NCBI GenBank assembly: GCA_002269645.1
Contig: NIVC01000177.1
Coordinates: forward strand, 194,134-258,133
Source of the DNA: Macrostomum lignano
Taxonomy: Eukaryota
Reading direction: 5' to 3'
DNA: 64,000 bases
The translations under genes were made by a program, and so were the position numbers. Shown piece by piece: positions 24,100 through 37,000 of this stretch. The notes under the pieces are model-generated. The model saw only the letters and a program-made list of their open reading frames with translations, was not told the DNA's origin and did no database searches. The number at the start of each line of letters is the position of its first letter. Positions within the stretch are counted from its first letter, which is position 1.

Positions 24100-25110
24100 A
24101 CTGGCCTGATGAGCCACAAAGCATTGCTTTTGATTTGCGCCTGGGTGCTATACCTGCAGATTTCCTTTGTGCTGATTTGCTAGACAATAATTGCAGACAT
24201 TTAGTTTTTGCAACCGACGCTCAGTTGGTTCTTTTGTAAAATACTAAATAGTGGTATATGGATAAGACATTCAACATTGTTCACTATCCATTTATCTAAC
24301 TCTATAGCATTCATGGCTTCATTTTCAGGCCAGACAGGGCACTGAAGCAAGAGCCCTTAGTTTTCATATTGATGTCTGGGCACTCTTGCCAGGACTACGA
24401 AACAGTTCTCCAAGCTGTTTGAAGACTGGCATCACAATCCAGGTAATTACTAATGTACAAATACTGCATTGTATTTACTATTTTAAACATGTACAGTATG
24501 ATCCATCCAATCTGTAATACCATACATGCGCAACGTCCAAAATTCGGTCGGCCGTGCGACTTAGTTTTAACAAAAATGCGACGTAGTTTTTGGCCAAAAA
24601 TGCGACTTACATGTAAAAAAACCCTAAAGCAAATTAACGCAACTTTGGGTAAACGGCGGGAGTAACTATGACTGTCTTATCAGGCAAAAATGCCTCGTCA
24701 GCTACTTAGTACTACTGCGTGGGTATTTTTTGGGTGGGCATTTTTGCGACTTCCTTGGTTGGCTGCCAAATCAGTCGGCCGGATCGGCCGACTCGGCCGA
24801 CTGTTGCGCATGTATGTGTAATACTATACTGTACATGTATGTGGTATTATTTTCTAGATGCAGGCTGCTTGGATTTGTACTAGACTTTAAGGCGGCTATG
24901 TGGAGGGCACTTAATCCGTGTGGCCTCATGTGAAACGGCGTGGGTGCAACTTCCACTTTACCCAAGCCATATGGCAACTTGTGCAAGCCCTTGGTCTCCA
25001 GAAGGCTTACATCGAAAATCTGTAAATTCAGGCCTTGTGTAGAAAGCTCATGGCCCTAGCATTTCTTCCAGCTGTTGAAGTGCAGTGGCAGTTTAAGCAA
25101 CTTGGCCAGA
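24100..25110 (+). mobile_element. Degenerate Mutator-like (MULE) transposase with an apparent intron
   Basis: Conceptual translation: PDEPQSIAFDL...IPADFL...RHLVFATDAQL, WYMDKTF (24252-24272), *LYSIHGF, KQEPLVFILMSG..QDYETVL, FVLDFKAAMWRAL, GCNFHFTQAIWQLVQALGLQKAY (24942 on), RKLMALAFLP. Several in-frame stops and a frameshift. Intron gt 24443 ... ag 24857. Confidence 0.8.
24488..24839. mobile_element. MITE-like element (TA-CAGT...ACTG-TA ends, Tc1/pogo-like) inside the MULE intron
   Basis: Perfect 13-bp inverted ends acatgtacagtat (24488-24500) / atactgtacatgt (24827-24839), plus subterminal inverted blocks catacatgcgcaac / gttgcgcatgtatg and gtcggccg / cggccgac. Confidence 0.6.
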
Positions 25111-28074
25111 TCAATTTTAGACAAAATGGTCACTGCAAAAGTCTTTTTTGCCATTATTGACTTTCGCCAAAAATTCCTTTGCTGAAGTGGGTTGAATCCA
25201 TAAATGCACAGGTTTTGACTTTCTCTCGAAAGAAAAAAACAATATATATACTTGTACCCAGCAACCTCACTGTCGCTGCATTCTTCAATAACCAAGGAAA
25301 TTGGAATGAGGTGATCCTTCTTCTTCCTGGGAAATCCATGCAGGAACAATGCATATGGCTTATTGCCTATAAAGTATGTGTTGGCATTTTTTGTCAACCA
25401 ATGCTATACTTTGGGGCCAAGGCAGTGCCTCTTTAGCTGGGCAATATAATGTTGAAAGCAGGCATAAAGTGGCTTAATGCCCTGCCAGACAAAGTTTATC
25501 TCGACCTATTAGACAAATAACTTGTTCAAGTCTAGACAGGCCATTGTGATAGGCTCAGATGTTACAATTTGGACTTTGGTTAGTTTTGGTCCATTGTGAA
25601 CAAGTTGAGATTTTTTCTTTACTTTTCTTGGCTTGTACTTCTTAGGTCTTCCTTGCTCTCCTTGGTCATCCTTGTTCTCTTTGGCCTCTAGGCCTATGGC
25701 TGCTATCTCTTTCTATTGAACTGGGTTTATAATCCTTGTCTCTATCCAAGGCGAGGTCCTTGTTTTTGTTGTAGCTCTTATCTAAATCATAGTCTAGCAT
25801 GCAAGGTGATGGTCTTACCATTATTGTGAACCTTTATATAGTAGGTTTAACTGGTTTAATGGCTAAATCAAATCAATGCCTTAAAAGATTATCTAGGCCT
25901 AATATGCTAATATTGTGCTATTTACTTTTTAAGCAATAGTTTATAATATTACTTGTGAGATTTAGGCCTAGATATTGCTCATCATGACTCCATCCAAAAT
26001 TTCCCTATGGCTATAACTTTAATGTAGTATAACATAAATTTAATTTCCTCTTTTGAGGTTACATTGTATCTAAACTGAAATAGAACTTTATTAGTTTACC
26101 TTGGCTTTATAAATAGACAAAACAACTGGCAATCTTTTGGTTTCCCATCTTAAATTAATTTAATGTATGTTTTGCATTCTAGCATTACTAATAGTCTATT
26201 TTGCATTGTAATTTATATAAAAAACATATATCATAATGTATAATATGTTTAAGTATGTAAAAACTAAGTAAAAACAACATGTAAAATTATGTTTGCATCT
26301 AAAATCCATAAAATATAAAATATAAAATCTGTCACCAGATTGTCTATCACCACTTTGACCGTCGCCACTGCTAGATTACCTGTTGCTAGATTGTTTTGTT
26401 GCTAGATTGACTAGAAGCTATTAAAGTGCATGTCCATGTGTTTTTAACATTTATTGCCATAGGGATAGTGATTAACCTTAGAAATCTAAAAAAACTTCAA
26501 ATGACAATTTATCCATAACTAATTATATATAATTATACTTACAATTCAACTTTAAAATAATCATTAGTAATAGATAGGAATATTTTGGATTTGAAAATTT
26601 TATTTTCCAAAAATTTCCAAATGTGCTTTCCAATATAAAAAATAAAAAAAACCCTAACAAAGTCAAATGCAAGAGAAATAAAACTTTAAAAATAAAAAAG
26701 TATATTAAAAAACAAAAATGCAATATTTTATATCATATTGTTCATTTTTTCAATAGGTCTAGGCTTAACATTATTTAAAAGACAGTTAAATCAAGTAAAG
26801 TTACTAAACTTTGGGACCTTTAGTTTAAGGCATTGAACCTAAAGTTGCAGAAACATTTTTGACAATCATTGTTTAAGTATAATCATTAGTTGGTTTTTTT
26901 CAAAATGTAAATGCATAGACTTATAATAAAGTTCTCAAATTGAACAAATTGAATATTAGTTAGTATAAGGCCTACTTTTAATAGTTAGAATTATCTAGAT
27001 TAGCTAAGTTCAATTCAAACTTATTTACTCCTTACTAAGTTTTAATTTTTGCAATTTCACTTGAAAAATTGAAACTTATTGAAACTGTCAGTATATTATT
27101 AGTCTTTCCAAAATGGGCCTTTGCCAAAATGGACTGTACCAACCTTTTATTCAGCTGATTTTTTAGCAAGTTAGCTTGGTCTAGTTAGAAACTATAGCTA
27201 GCTAAATTATAGGTAGGCCTAGGACAAACAGTTTGCTTAAGGTCATAAAGTCCAAAAATCAAAGTTGATCAATTTGATAAAAATCACTAGGTCTAATATT
27301 AGCACAATGCTGACATAAGAAAAAATGTACAATGTAAACCTTGGTAAAAAAAAGTCTTTTTTTCCTTACCTTAAAAAAGAGTTACTAATAGAGAGCATTT
27401 TACTATAACTTTTGGTTCTGTTAAACCAAGGAATAACAAAGGTGTTCAATTTTTTCCTAAGTTACTTTGGCTCTTTTGGCCTAAATGACATATCTAATTG
27501 ATAAATTAGATAAGCTATATAATAATTGTCTGATAAATCAAGATTATCAATTAGAACTACTAAACCGAATAGACAATATTTGGAAAGTAGCTAATTATTA
27601 ATTTTTAAAAATGGCTGCTAACACTTTTTTTCAATCAAAAATGTCCTATTTTTATTTAAATAAATAATAATTTATGTATCAAGTTTAAAGAACTTACAAA
27701 AACTGTTAGATAATTGCAATTTTAATGTAAAATCATTTGAGTAAATAAAATTATTTGAGTATAAACTTTTTAAAGTGTTTGACTTTTTATACTAACACAA
27801 GCTGTTGAAACCCGCAGATTTTGAACCCGGGGAACTCCAATCCCTAGAACTATTTTTGCATGTATTCTAAAATCTAAAGTCATACTTAAACAAAAACTTT
27901 TTAATAGTTAAGAATGTAGGATAGAGTTAAACATAAAATAAAGTACATTCATGTAAAATTAGTATTTGAAGCAAACATTAATATTGTTGGTTGGGGTGCT
28001 GCGCAGAATGTCAGGCAAACTCATGGCCTCTGCCTCCTTGTGTCCCTTGGAAGTTGGATCCTTAAAAACTTCTA

Positions 28075-29145
28075 TCTCTACCTTCTCTTCTGTTTTCTCT
28101 CTTCTCTCTGGTCTGTGGTCTCTTCTCTCTCTCTCCTCTATCCCCTCTTCTCTTGTCTATTCCCTCTTATTCTTTTCTCTCCTCTCCTCTCCTTTCTCGT
28201 CTCTGCTCTCTTATCTCTCCCTTTCTCCTGTTTTATCTCTTCCCATTTCTCTCTGCTCTCTATTCTATCTTCTCTCTGCTCTCTACTCTCTCTTCTCTCT
28301 CCTCTCTCCTCTATCTTCTCTCTGCTCTCTACTCTCTCTTCTCTCTCCTCTCTCCTCTATCTTCTCTCTGCTCTCTACTCTCTCTTCTCTCTCCTCTCTC
28401 CTCTATCTTCTCTCTGCTCTCTACTATCTCTTCTCTCTGCTCTCTATTCTATCTTCTCTCTGCTCTCTACTCTCTCTTCTCTCTCCTCTCTACTCTATCT
28501 TTTCTCTGCTCTCTACTCTCTCTTTTCTCTGCTCTCTACTCTATCTTCTCTCTGCTCTCTACTCTATCTTCCCTCTGCTCTCTACTCTATCTTCTCTCTG
28601 CTCTCTACTCTCTTTTCCCTCTCCCCTCTTCTCACTCCTTACTCTACCCTCTCCAAACACTTCTCCTCTCTCCTTTCTCCTCTCCTCCCTCCTCTGTACT
28701 CTGTACTCTGTCGTCTTTCTCCTCTCCTCTCTTCTCTCTCCTCTCTTCTATCGTCTCTTCCCTCACCTCTCCTCTCTCGTCTTTGCTCTCTTATCTATCC
28801 TCTCCTTTCTCTTATTTTATCTTTTCTCTCTTATCTCTTCTCATTTCTCTCTGCATGCTCTCTACCTCTATCTCTCCCTCTCTCTCCTCTCCCCTCTCTC
28901 ATCTCTCTCTCTCATCCTTTCCCCTCTTTCCCCTGTCCTCTCGATTCTCTCCCCTCCCCTCCTCTCTCCTCACTCACTTCTCTCACTCCCTTTGTCTCAC
29001 CTTTCATCTTACTCCAATATTATCTGCTCACTCCTTATCCTTACCTCATCATCTCTCTTCTTGTCTTCTATCTTTTCTCTTATCCTCCTCTCGCTTCTCC
29101 TTTCTTTTTATAGTCTATTCCTTCTCCTTTTCACTCTCATCTCAT
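28075..29145. repeat. CT-rich polypyrimidine low-complexity tract
   Basis: Almost purely C/T, with ctctgctctctactct motifs. Confidence 0.9.
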
Positions 29146-29569
29146 CAGCCATGAGCTTGATTCTTTATCTGGCATTTGAGATTAAAGTCTGCCAATCCCC
29201 GCTTTGAAAGCGTTTGTGGGATATAGTACTCTCATGGTTGTTATGCTTTAATCACATCATATTTCTGGCCAATTAGCAGCCCTGAGAGGAATTTGTGTAT
29301 CTCCCTCCAGCCCAGCTCCACTACCGCGGTCTGCAGCAGTCTAACAACCAAGGAAATACACATTTCTTAGGAGCCATTTAAATTTTAAAGTTACCTTATG
29401 CGAATCTTAATGTTAACAGCTTCATGCTGTAACTAATTTAGTAGGATTGGATTATAATCAGTTATTCATTAATTTTTCGCTATTTTTACAAACAGAAAAA
29501 GCAGACAAACTTCACATGCTTATAGTTTCTGTCTTGATTAAGATACAGAGTTGAGACTTTATATTTAGA

Positions 29570-30092
29570 CAGAGAATAAGTCAATTAAGAATTGTATTAA
29601 ATTTGAAGCCAATCGCCTCACGTGGAGCAAAGTTATGGCAGCCAAAAATTAGTCATTTTAAAACCTATTTACACCTTTTGCCTAAATCGGGAGAGGCAGG
29701 CGAGTGGAGGTTGGGGTGGCTGCCTTGCTGAAAAAAAACAGCCTAACTTTAAACGTGCACAGCGCCATTCAAGATTAACTTTCAGACTCAAAATTTTACA
29801 TGATTGTGCCAAAATAGTTGAAAATTGTCTGTGTCAAATTTGAAGAGAATTGGTAGAAGTAGAGCAGCACTATGGAGGATTTAGTGAATTTTGAGCAGTT
29901 TTTTGTACTTTTAGGTAGGAAGACTTGAGTCTAAGAAATTTAAAAGTAGCCTAAGACACTCTCCATAGTAAGTTTAGGGTGGGTGTAAAGTTTGGTGTAA
30001 TTTGGTTGAGCGGTTTAGGAGTCCATAGCGATCAAAATTGTCCACAGACACACAGATAGACACACAGAGTTTTGATTTTTATATGTAGAGAT
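29570..30092 (+). mobile_element. Possible non-autonomous Helitron/Helentron-like relic
   Basis: The end sequence aatttggttgagcggtttaggagtccatagcg...acagacacacagatagacacacagag...tttatatgtagagat resembles, from memory, 3' ends of invertebrate non-autonomous rolling-circle elements. No terminal hairpin was verified. Confidence 0.35.
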
Positions 30093-31028
30093 AAATGCTT
30101 GCATAACTATCTTAGCCTTTGAGACCTACCTAAAAATAGGTTTAAAAAGCAGTCATTTGGGAATAAAGATTAGAGGTTTAGTGTAAAGAATAAGTTTTTG
30201 ATAATTCAGGAGGATTTAGTTTTACATAAATAATCTTCAATAGTAGTATAAAAGCTTATATTGAATTTATTAAATAATAGTTCCTAGCTTGCAATTTTTA
30301 TACTATTGACAATGGCAAATAATAAATAAAATAATAGATATGCCAGATTTTTTTGTTTATTATACCCTTGGCAATATAGGTGATTGTATTTTTCATGTTC
30401 AAACAGAATTCAGTACTTCAATTGCTATATACAATCTCATATTACCTATGTTAATTATCTCCAGTGTTTAAGCCACAGACATTATTTCTATATTTCTTTG
30501 AAAAGCTAAGCTGTCTTTTTCTGTCCATAATTTTTTTTAAAAATAATGATGAAAAATACCATGAGTACACATGCTACCAACAATAAAAATTAAGTTGCTC
30601 TGATTTATCTTGAGTTGAGAAAATCAAAAACTTTCTCAAAGCAAACTCAAATCTGGCTATTATACATTTGGCTACATGTGGAGACACTGGCAGTCTACTT
30701 TAGGTTAAAACTTCTAGAAGCTACTTTAAGATGCCATCTAGACAGCTAGAAATTTTAAGTAACTCTCCAAGTCTGCCACTTTTGTTTAGGTTTTTTATTA
30801 TTATAAAATATAATTCAGGCTATGGCTATGGATGCAGATTTTAGAATAAGAAAAGAGCTTTTCCAACTAAACCAACGTCTTTAACAAGTTTCAAGTATTT
30901 CAAGTATTATTGCTCACTAATGTTGAATAAACAAGAAAGTTGTAACAACTAAATAAGCACTAATAAGAGACTTGCAACATTTCTTTTTTAGTAAGCCATT
31001 CGTAGTAGTTACAAAATAATACGAGCGA

Positions 31029-34000
31029 ATGTCTAAGCGTGAACACGATGACCCGGGCAGTGACCAACCGCCAAAGAAGCGGGCACTCACTCACGTGTCA
31101 TTTGAGCCTGTTAAATTCTCTGGGGTCCATTCACTGGTGAGTTGTTTATTTTGTGCGACCCTTTCTGGCTTTCTGGTGTAGTGGCAATGTACTCAGATAC
31201 ATAATCTCATTCATCTACAGATAATGATCTCACTCATCTACAGATCATGATCTCACTTATCTACAGATCATGATCTCACTCATCTACAGATCATAATCTC
31301 ACTCATCTATACAGATCATAATCTCACTCAGTTCTACAGATCATGATCTCACTTATCTACAGATCATGACCTCGCTCATCTACAGATCATGACCTCACTC
31401 ATCTATACAGATCATGATCTCAGTCATCTACAGATCATGACCTCGCTCATCTACAGATCATGACCTCGCTCATTTACAGATCATGATCTCACTCATCTAT
31501 ACAGATCATGATCTCAGTCATCTACAGATCATGATCTCACTCATCTATACAGATCATGACCTCACTCATTTACAGATCATGATCTCACTCATCTATACAG
31601 ATCATGATCTCACTCATCTACAGATCATAATCTCACTCATCTACAGATCATGATCTCACTCATCTACAGATCATGATCTCACTCATCTACAGATCATAAT
31701 CTCACTCATCTACAGATCATGATCTCACTCATCTACAGATCATTATCTCACTCATCTACAGATCATGACCTCGCTCATCTACAGATCATGACCTCGCTCA
31801 TCTACAGATCATGACCTCGCTCATTTTGCCCCGCAGGAGGACCTGGACACAAAGGTGCTGCAGATTCAGAACAAGCGCTTAACCGACCGACTCGAAGAGC
31901 GCCGAAAAACCGAGGAAAGCCTTCGAGATCGCATTGAACAGTTGGAACGCCGGCAAACCAAAGATGACGAACTGGTGTGCATCATCAATCGCTACTGGAA
32001 CCAGCTCGATGAGGATGTCCGCCTGTTGCTAACCCGTTTCGAAGGCGAGTCGGCCGCTTTAGATGAAGATCGAAAATCTGGCGCAGCCGAGTCCTTTCTC
32101 AAACAGCTGGGCACATGGGACAATGACGAATTGAATGGCCGGTTAAGGCAGAGAGTGGAGTTTTCCACTAGGGCTATTGCTAGACTTGTAGGTGCGTTTG
32201 ACAGGCTGCAGTTGCGCTGTCAGAGCCTTCGGCATGCTGTTGTGCTGCGCAAGAAGATTGTTGTGGAAGATCTGGCTGGAGCTGGTCAGGAGGATGAGGC
32301 GGCCACTGCGGCGGCTGCTGCTGCGGCGGTTGCGGAGGGCCGAACCAAGGTAGGGGATTTCATTTTGCTAGCTAGTTTTTTCATAGCCCCTAGAGGCTTA
32401 GTAGTGTATATCCCTAACATTAAGATTTTAACGTCCTTTCTAATATCCCCAACATGGGGATTTAATGTGCTTTCTAATATCTCCAACATTAGGAATGTTG
32501 TTTCCAATATCCCCAATATTGGGATTTTAATCCAGTTTCTAATATCCCCAACATTGAGATTTTAGTGGGGTTTCTAATATCCCTAACATTGGGATTTCAG
32601 TGGGTTTCTAATATCCCTAATATTGGGATTTTAATGGCCTTCATATATCCCATTTGTGAGTATTTTAATGTGCTTAATAATATCCCTAATATTGGGATTT
32701 TAATGTGCTTTCTAACATCCCTAATACGGGGATCTTAGTGGAGTTTCTAATATCCCTAATATGAGAGTTCTAATACGTTTCTGATATCCCCAGTATTAGT
32801 ATTTTAATGTGGATTCTACGGGCTCGTAATATTCACAGCATGAAATTTTGCGTCGTTTAGCGACAACTCCAGCTTGCTAAGATCAACTGGCACCCCCCCC
32901 CCCTGCTGCTTGCCCTTGACAGGTCGAGGAGCAGGACACAGAAGATCCAACAAAGACCACCAAGCCAAAGCAGCAGCCTTCGACACTTCCCAGTGTAGCC
33001 AAGTCCGAACCGACTGTCATCGATGATGAGGCCTCGCTGCCAGCCTCCTCCGCTCCGCTGGACGTTGACGAGACTCTGAGAGCTGAGCTGGAGTCCATCC
33101 ACGCTGAGAATGCTCGGCTGCATCAGGTCAACACCAGCCTGCAGGAGCGACTGCACACGCTCAGCTTGAGGGCTCTGAAGCTGGAGGAGCAGGTCTGTGC
33201 TTCACTGGCCTTCCAGATCCTCAGTTGCTGGGCCAGCCTCCCAGATCCTCAGTTGCTGGGCCACCAGCCTCCCAGATCCTCAGTTGTTGGGCCAGCCTCC
33301 CAGATCCTCAGTTGTTGGGCCAGCCTCCCAGATCCTCAGTTGTTGGGCCAGCCTCCCAGATCCTCAGCTGCTGTGCCAGCCTCCCAGATCCTCAGTTGCT
33401 GGGCCAGCCTCTCAGATCCTCAGTTGCTGGGCCAGCCTCCCAGATCCTCAGTTGCTGGGCCAGCCTCCCAGATCCTCAGTTACTGGGCCAGCCTCCCAGA
33501 TCCTCAGTTGCTGGGCCAGCCTCCCAGATCCTCAGTTGCTGGGCCAGCCTCCCAGATCCTCAGTTGCTGGGCCAGCCTCCCAGATCCTCAGTTGCTGGGC
33601 CACCAGCCTTCCAGATCCTCAGTTGCTGGGCCAGCCTTCCAGATCCTCAGTTGCTGGGCCAGCCTTCCAGATCCTCAGTTGCTGGGCCAGCCTCCCAGAT
33701 CTTCAGTTGCTGGGCCAGCCTCCAAGATCCTCAGTTGCTGGGCCAGCCTCCCAGATCCTCAGTTGTTAGGCAGCCTCCCAGATCCTCAGTTGCTGGGCCA
33801 GCCTCTCAGATCCTCAGTTGCTAGGCCAGCCTCCCAGAGTGTCAGTTGCTGGGCCAGCCTCCCAGATCCCCAGTTGCTGGGCCAGCCTCCCAGATCCTCA
33901 GTTGCTAGGCAGCCTCCCAGATACTCAGTTGCTAGGCAGCCTCCCAGACCCCAGACTAATGAAGCTACTCTCCTCTCCCAGATCCCCACTAATCCCCAGT

Positions 34001-37000
34001 CGCCACCCGAACCTGGCAGGTGCAACTAAACGAAGAGTCCTCAGCCGAGTGGCGCAACAAGCACGACGATTCCCAGTACAACCTGGAGCGCTCGCAGCAC
34101 AAAGTGCACCGACTGGAGAAGCAGCTGGCGGAAGCTGTTGAAGAGATCAAGCGGCTAAGGGAACTGGGCGCCTCCGCCTCTGTTGGCGACGACCAACAGC
34201 CTGACGGAGCCGACTCTCAGCAGCAGCAGCAGCAGCAGAATCGCAGAGCCGGTGGCAACGGTGGCAACATTGCCAAAAGCAAATACCGCGAGCTGGCCTC
34301 CGAGCTTGAGGAGCAACGCGAACTGGCGAATAGCCGATTGGCTGAGCTGGAGTCGCTGCAATCGAAACTCGACCAGCGGGTTCGGGATTGCGAAAAACTG
34401 CGCATGGATTTGAGAGAATTGCCCGATACCGTTATCACGGAGACCCCGGTTTATCAGGTGACAGATTTCTCGTGTCTGCGCATAGATATGCGTGTGTCTA
34501 TTAGATTCCGAGTCTCCTATGAGATTCTGTGAGTGTCTAGTCTATGGCATTCTGAATGTTTGTATTGAATTCTGTGAGTGTCTCTATGAGATTTTGTGAG
34601 TGTCTATGGGATTCTGTGAGTGTCTATGGGATTCTGTGAGTGTGTCTGTGAGATTCTAAGTCTATGGGATTCTGTGAGTGTCTCTATGGGCTTCTGTGAG
34701 TGTCTTTATGAGATTTTGTGAGTGTCTATGAGATTCTGTGAGTGTCTATGAGATTCTGTGAGTGTCTAGTCTATGGCATTCTGAATGTTTGTATTGAATT
34801 CTGTGAGTGTCTCTATGAGATTTTGTGAGTGTGTCTATTAGATTCTGAGTCTCCTATGAGATTCTGTGAGTGTCTTGTCTATGGCATTCTGAATGTTTGT
34901 ATTGGATTCTGTGAGTGTCTCTATGAGATTTTGTGAGTGTGTCTGTGAGATTCTGAGTCTATGGGATTCTGTGAGTGTCTCTATGAGATTTTGTGAGTGT
35001 CTATGGGATTCTGTGAGTGTGTCTGTGAGATTCTGAGTCTCCTATGAGATTCTGTGAGTGTCTTGTCTATGGCATTCTGAATGTTTGTATTGGATTCTGA
35101 GTGTCTCTATGAGATTTTGTGAGTGTGTCTGTAAGATTCTGAGTCTATGGGATTCTGTGAGTGTCTCTATGAGATTCTGTGAGTGTTTCTATGAGATTCT
35201 GTGAGTGTCTCTATGAAATTCTGTGAGTGTTTCTATGAGATTCTGTGAGTGTCTCTATGAGATTCTGTGAGTGTTTCTATGAGATTTTGTGAGTGTCTCT
35301 ATGAGATTCTGTGAGTGTCTATGAGATTCTGTGAGTGTCTATGAGATTCTGTGAGTGTTTCTATGAGATTCTGTGAGTGTCTCTATGAGATTCTGTGAGT
35401 GTTTTTATGAGATTCTGTGAGTGTCTCTATGAGATTCTGTGAGTGTTTCTATGAGATTCTGTGAGTGTCTCTATGAAATTCTGTGAGTGTTTCTATGAGA
35501 TTCTGTGAGTGTCTCTATGAGATTCTGTGAGTGTCTATGAGATTCTGTGAGTGTCTATGAGATTCTGTGAGTGTCTCTATGAGATTCTGTGAGTGTCTAT
35601 GAGATTCTGTGAGTGCCTCTATGAGATTCTGTGAGTGTCTCTATGAGATTCTGTGAGTGCCTCTATGAGATTCTGTGAGTGTCTCTATGAGATTCTGTGA
35701 GTGTCTCTATGATATTCTGTGAGTGTCTCTATGAGATTCTGTGAGTGTCTCTAAGAGATTCTCGCGGGATTTTTTGTTAGTCTATTTTGCCAATTATAAG
35801 AAGCCTAATAAATAACTCTAAACTGTTGTAAGCAGCACTATTTAACCTTGATGATCCTCACCCATTTTCAGGTGCTCAAATCGAACTTCAACCTATTGTA
35901 CAGCGAAGCCCTATTAGTACGCAGCCAGCTGCAGAAGAGCACCCATCAGGTGCAGGAGAATCGGCAGGCTCATCTCAGACAAATTGAGCTGATGGAGAGC
36001 AACGAGCTGGCCTGCCAGACTCAGATGAGGAACGAAATGGTGCTGATGGAGCAGCAGAGTTGCGCTACTAAACAGGAGCTGGAGAGCCTCAAATATGAGA
36101 TGGAGCAGCTATTAGCTCAGAATGAGCAGGCTCTGTCCATTACTAACGAGATGCGGGCACTGATTGGTGCGTTGTGACCTGCTGGTTTTAAAGGGAGAGA
36201 ATTTTCAGGGACAGTTCAGGTGGTTCAGAAGGGATTTTCCCTGGGAGCTTCAGGTGGTTCAGAAAGGATTTTCCCTGGGAGCTTCAGGTGGTTCAGAAAG
36301 GATTTTCCCTGGGAGCTTCAGGTGGTTCAGAAAGGATTTTCCCTACCAACTTCAGGTGGTTCAGAAGGGATTCTCCATGGCAACTTCAGGTGGTTCAGAA
36401 GGGATTCTCCATGGCAACTTCAGGTGGTGGTTCAGAAGGGATTCTCCATGGCAACTTCAGGTGGTTCAGAAGGGATTCTCCATAGCAACTTCACGTGGTT
36501 CAGAAGGGATTCTCCATGGCAACTTCAGGTGGTGGTTCAGAAGGGATTTTCCATGGCAACTTCAGGTGGTTTAGAAGGGATAATCCATGGGAGCTTCAGG
36601 TGGTTCAGAAGGGATGTTCCACATCAACTTCAGGTGCTTCAGAAGGGATTTTCCATGGCAACTTCAGGTGGTTCAGAAGGGATTTTCCCTGGGAGCTTCA
36701 GGTGGTGCAGAATGGATTTTCCCTGGGAGCTTCAGGTGGTGCAGAATGGATTTTCCATACCAACTTCAGGTGGTTCAGAAGGGATTCTCCATGGCAACTT
36801 CAGGTGGTTCAGAAGGGATAATCCATGGGAGCTTCAGGTGGTTCAGAAGGGATTTTCCATGGCAACTTCAGGTGGTTCAGAAGGGATTTTCCCTGGGAGC
36901 TTCAGGTGGTTCAGAAGGGATTCTCCATGGCAACTTCAGGTGCTTCAGAAGGGATGTTTCATATCAACTTCAGGTGCTTCAGAAGGGATTTTCCATGGCA

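Noticed and set aside
27966-29207. 300-400 aa Leu/Ser-rich membrane protein ORFs
   Set aside because: Translations of a CT-rich low-complexity tract, open in all three frames.
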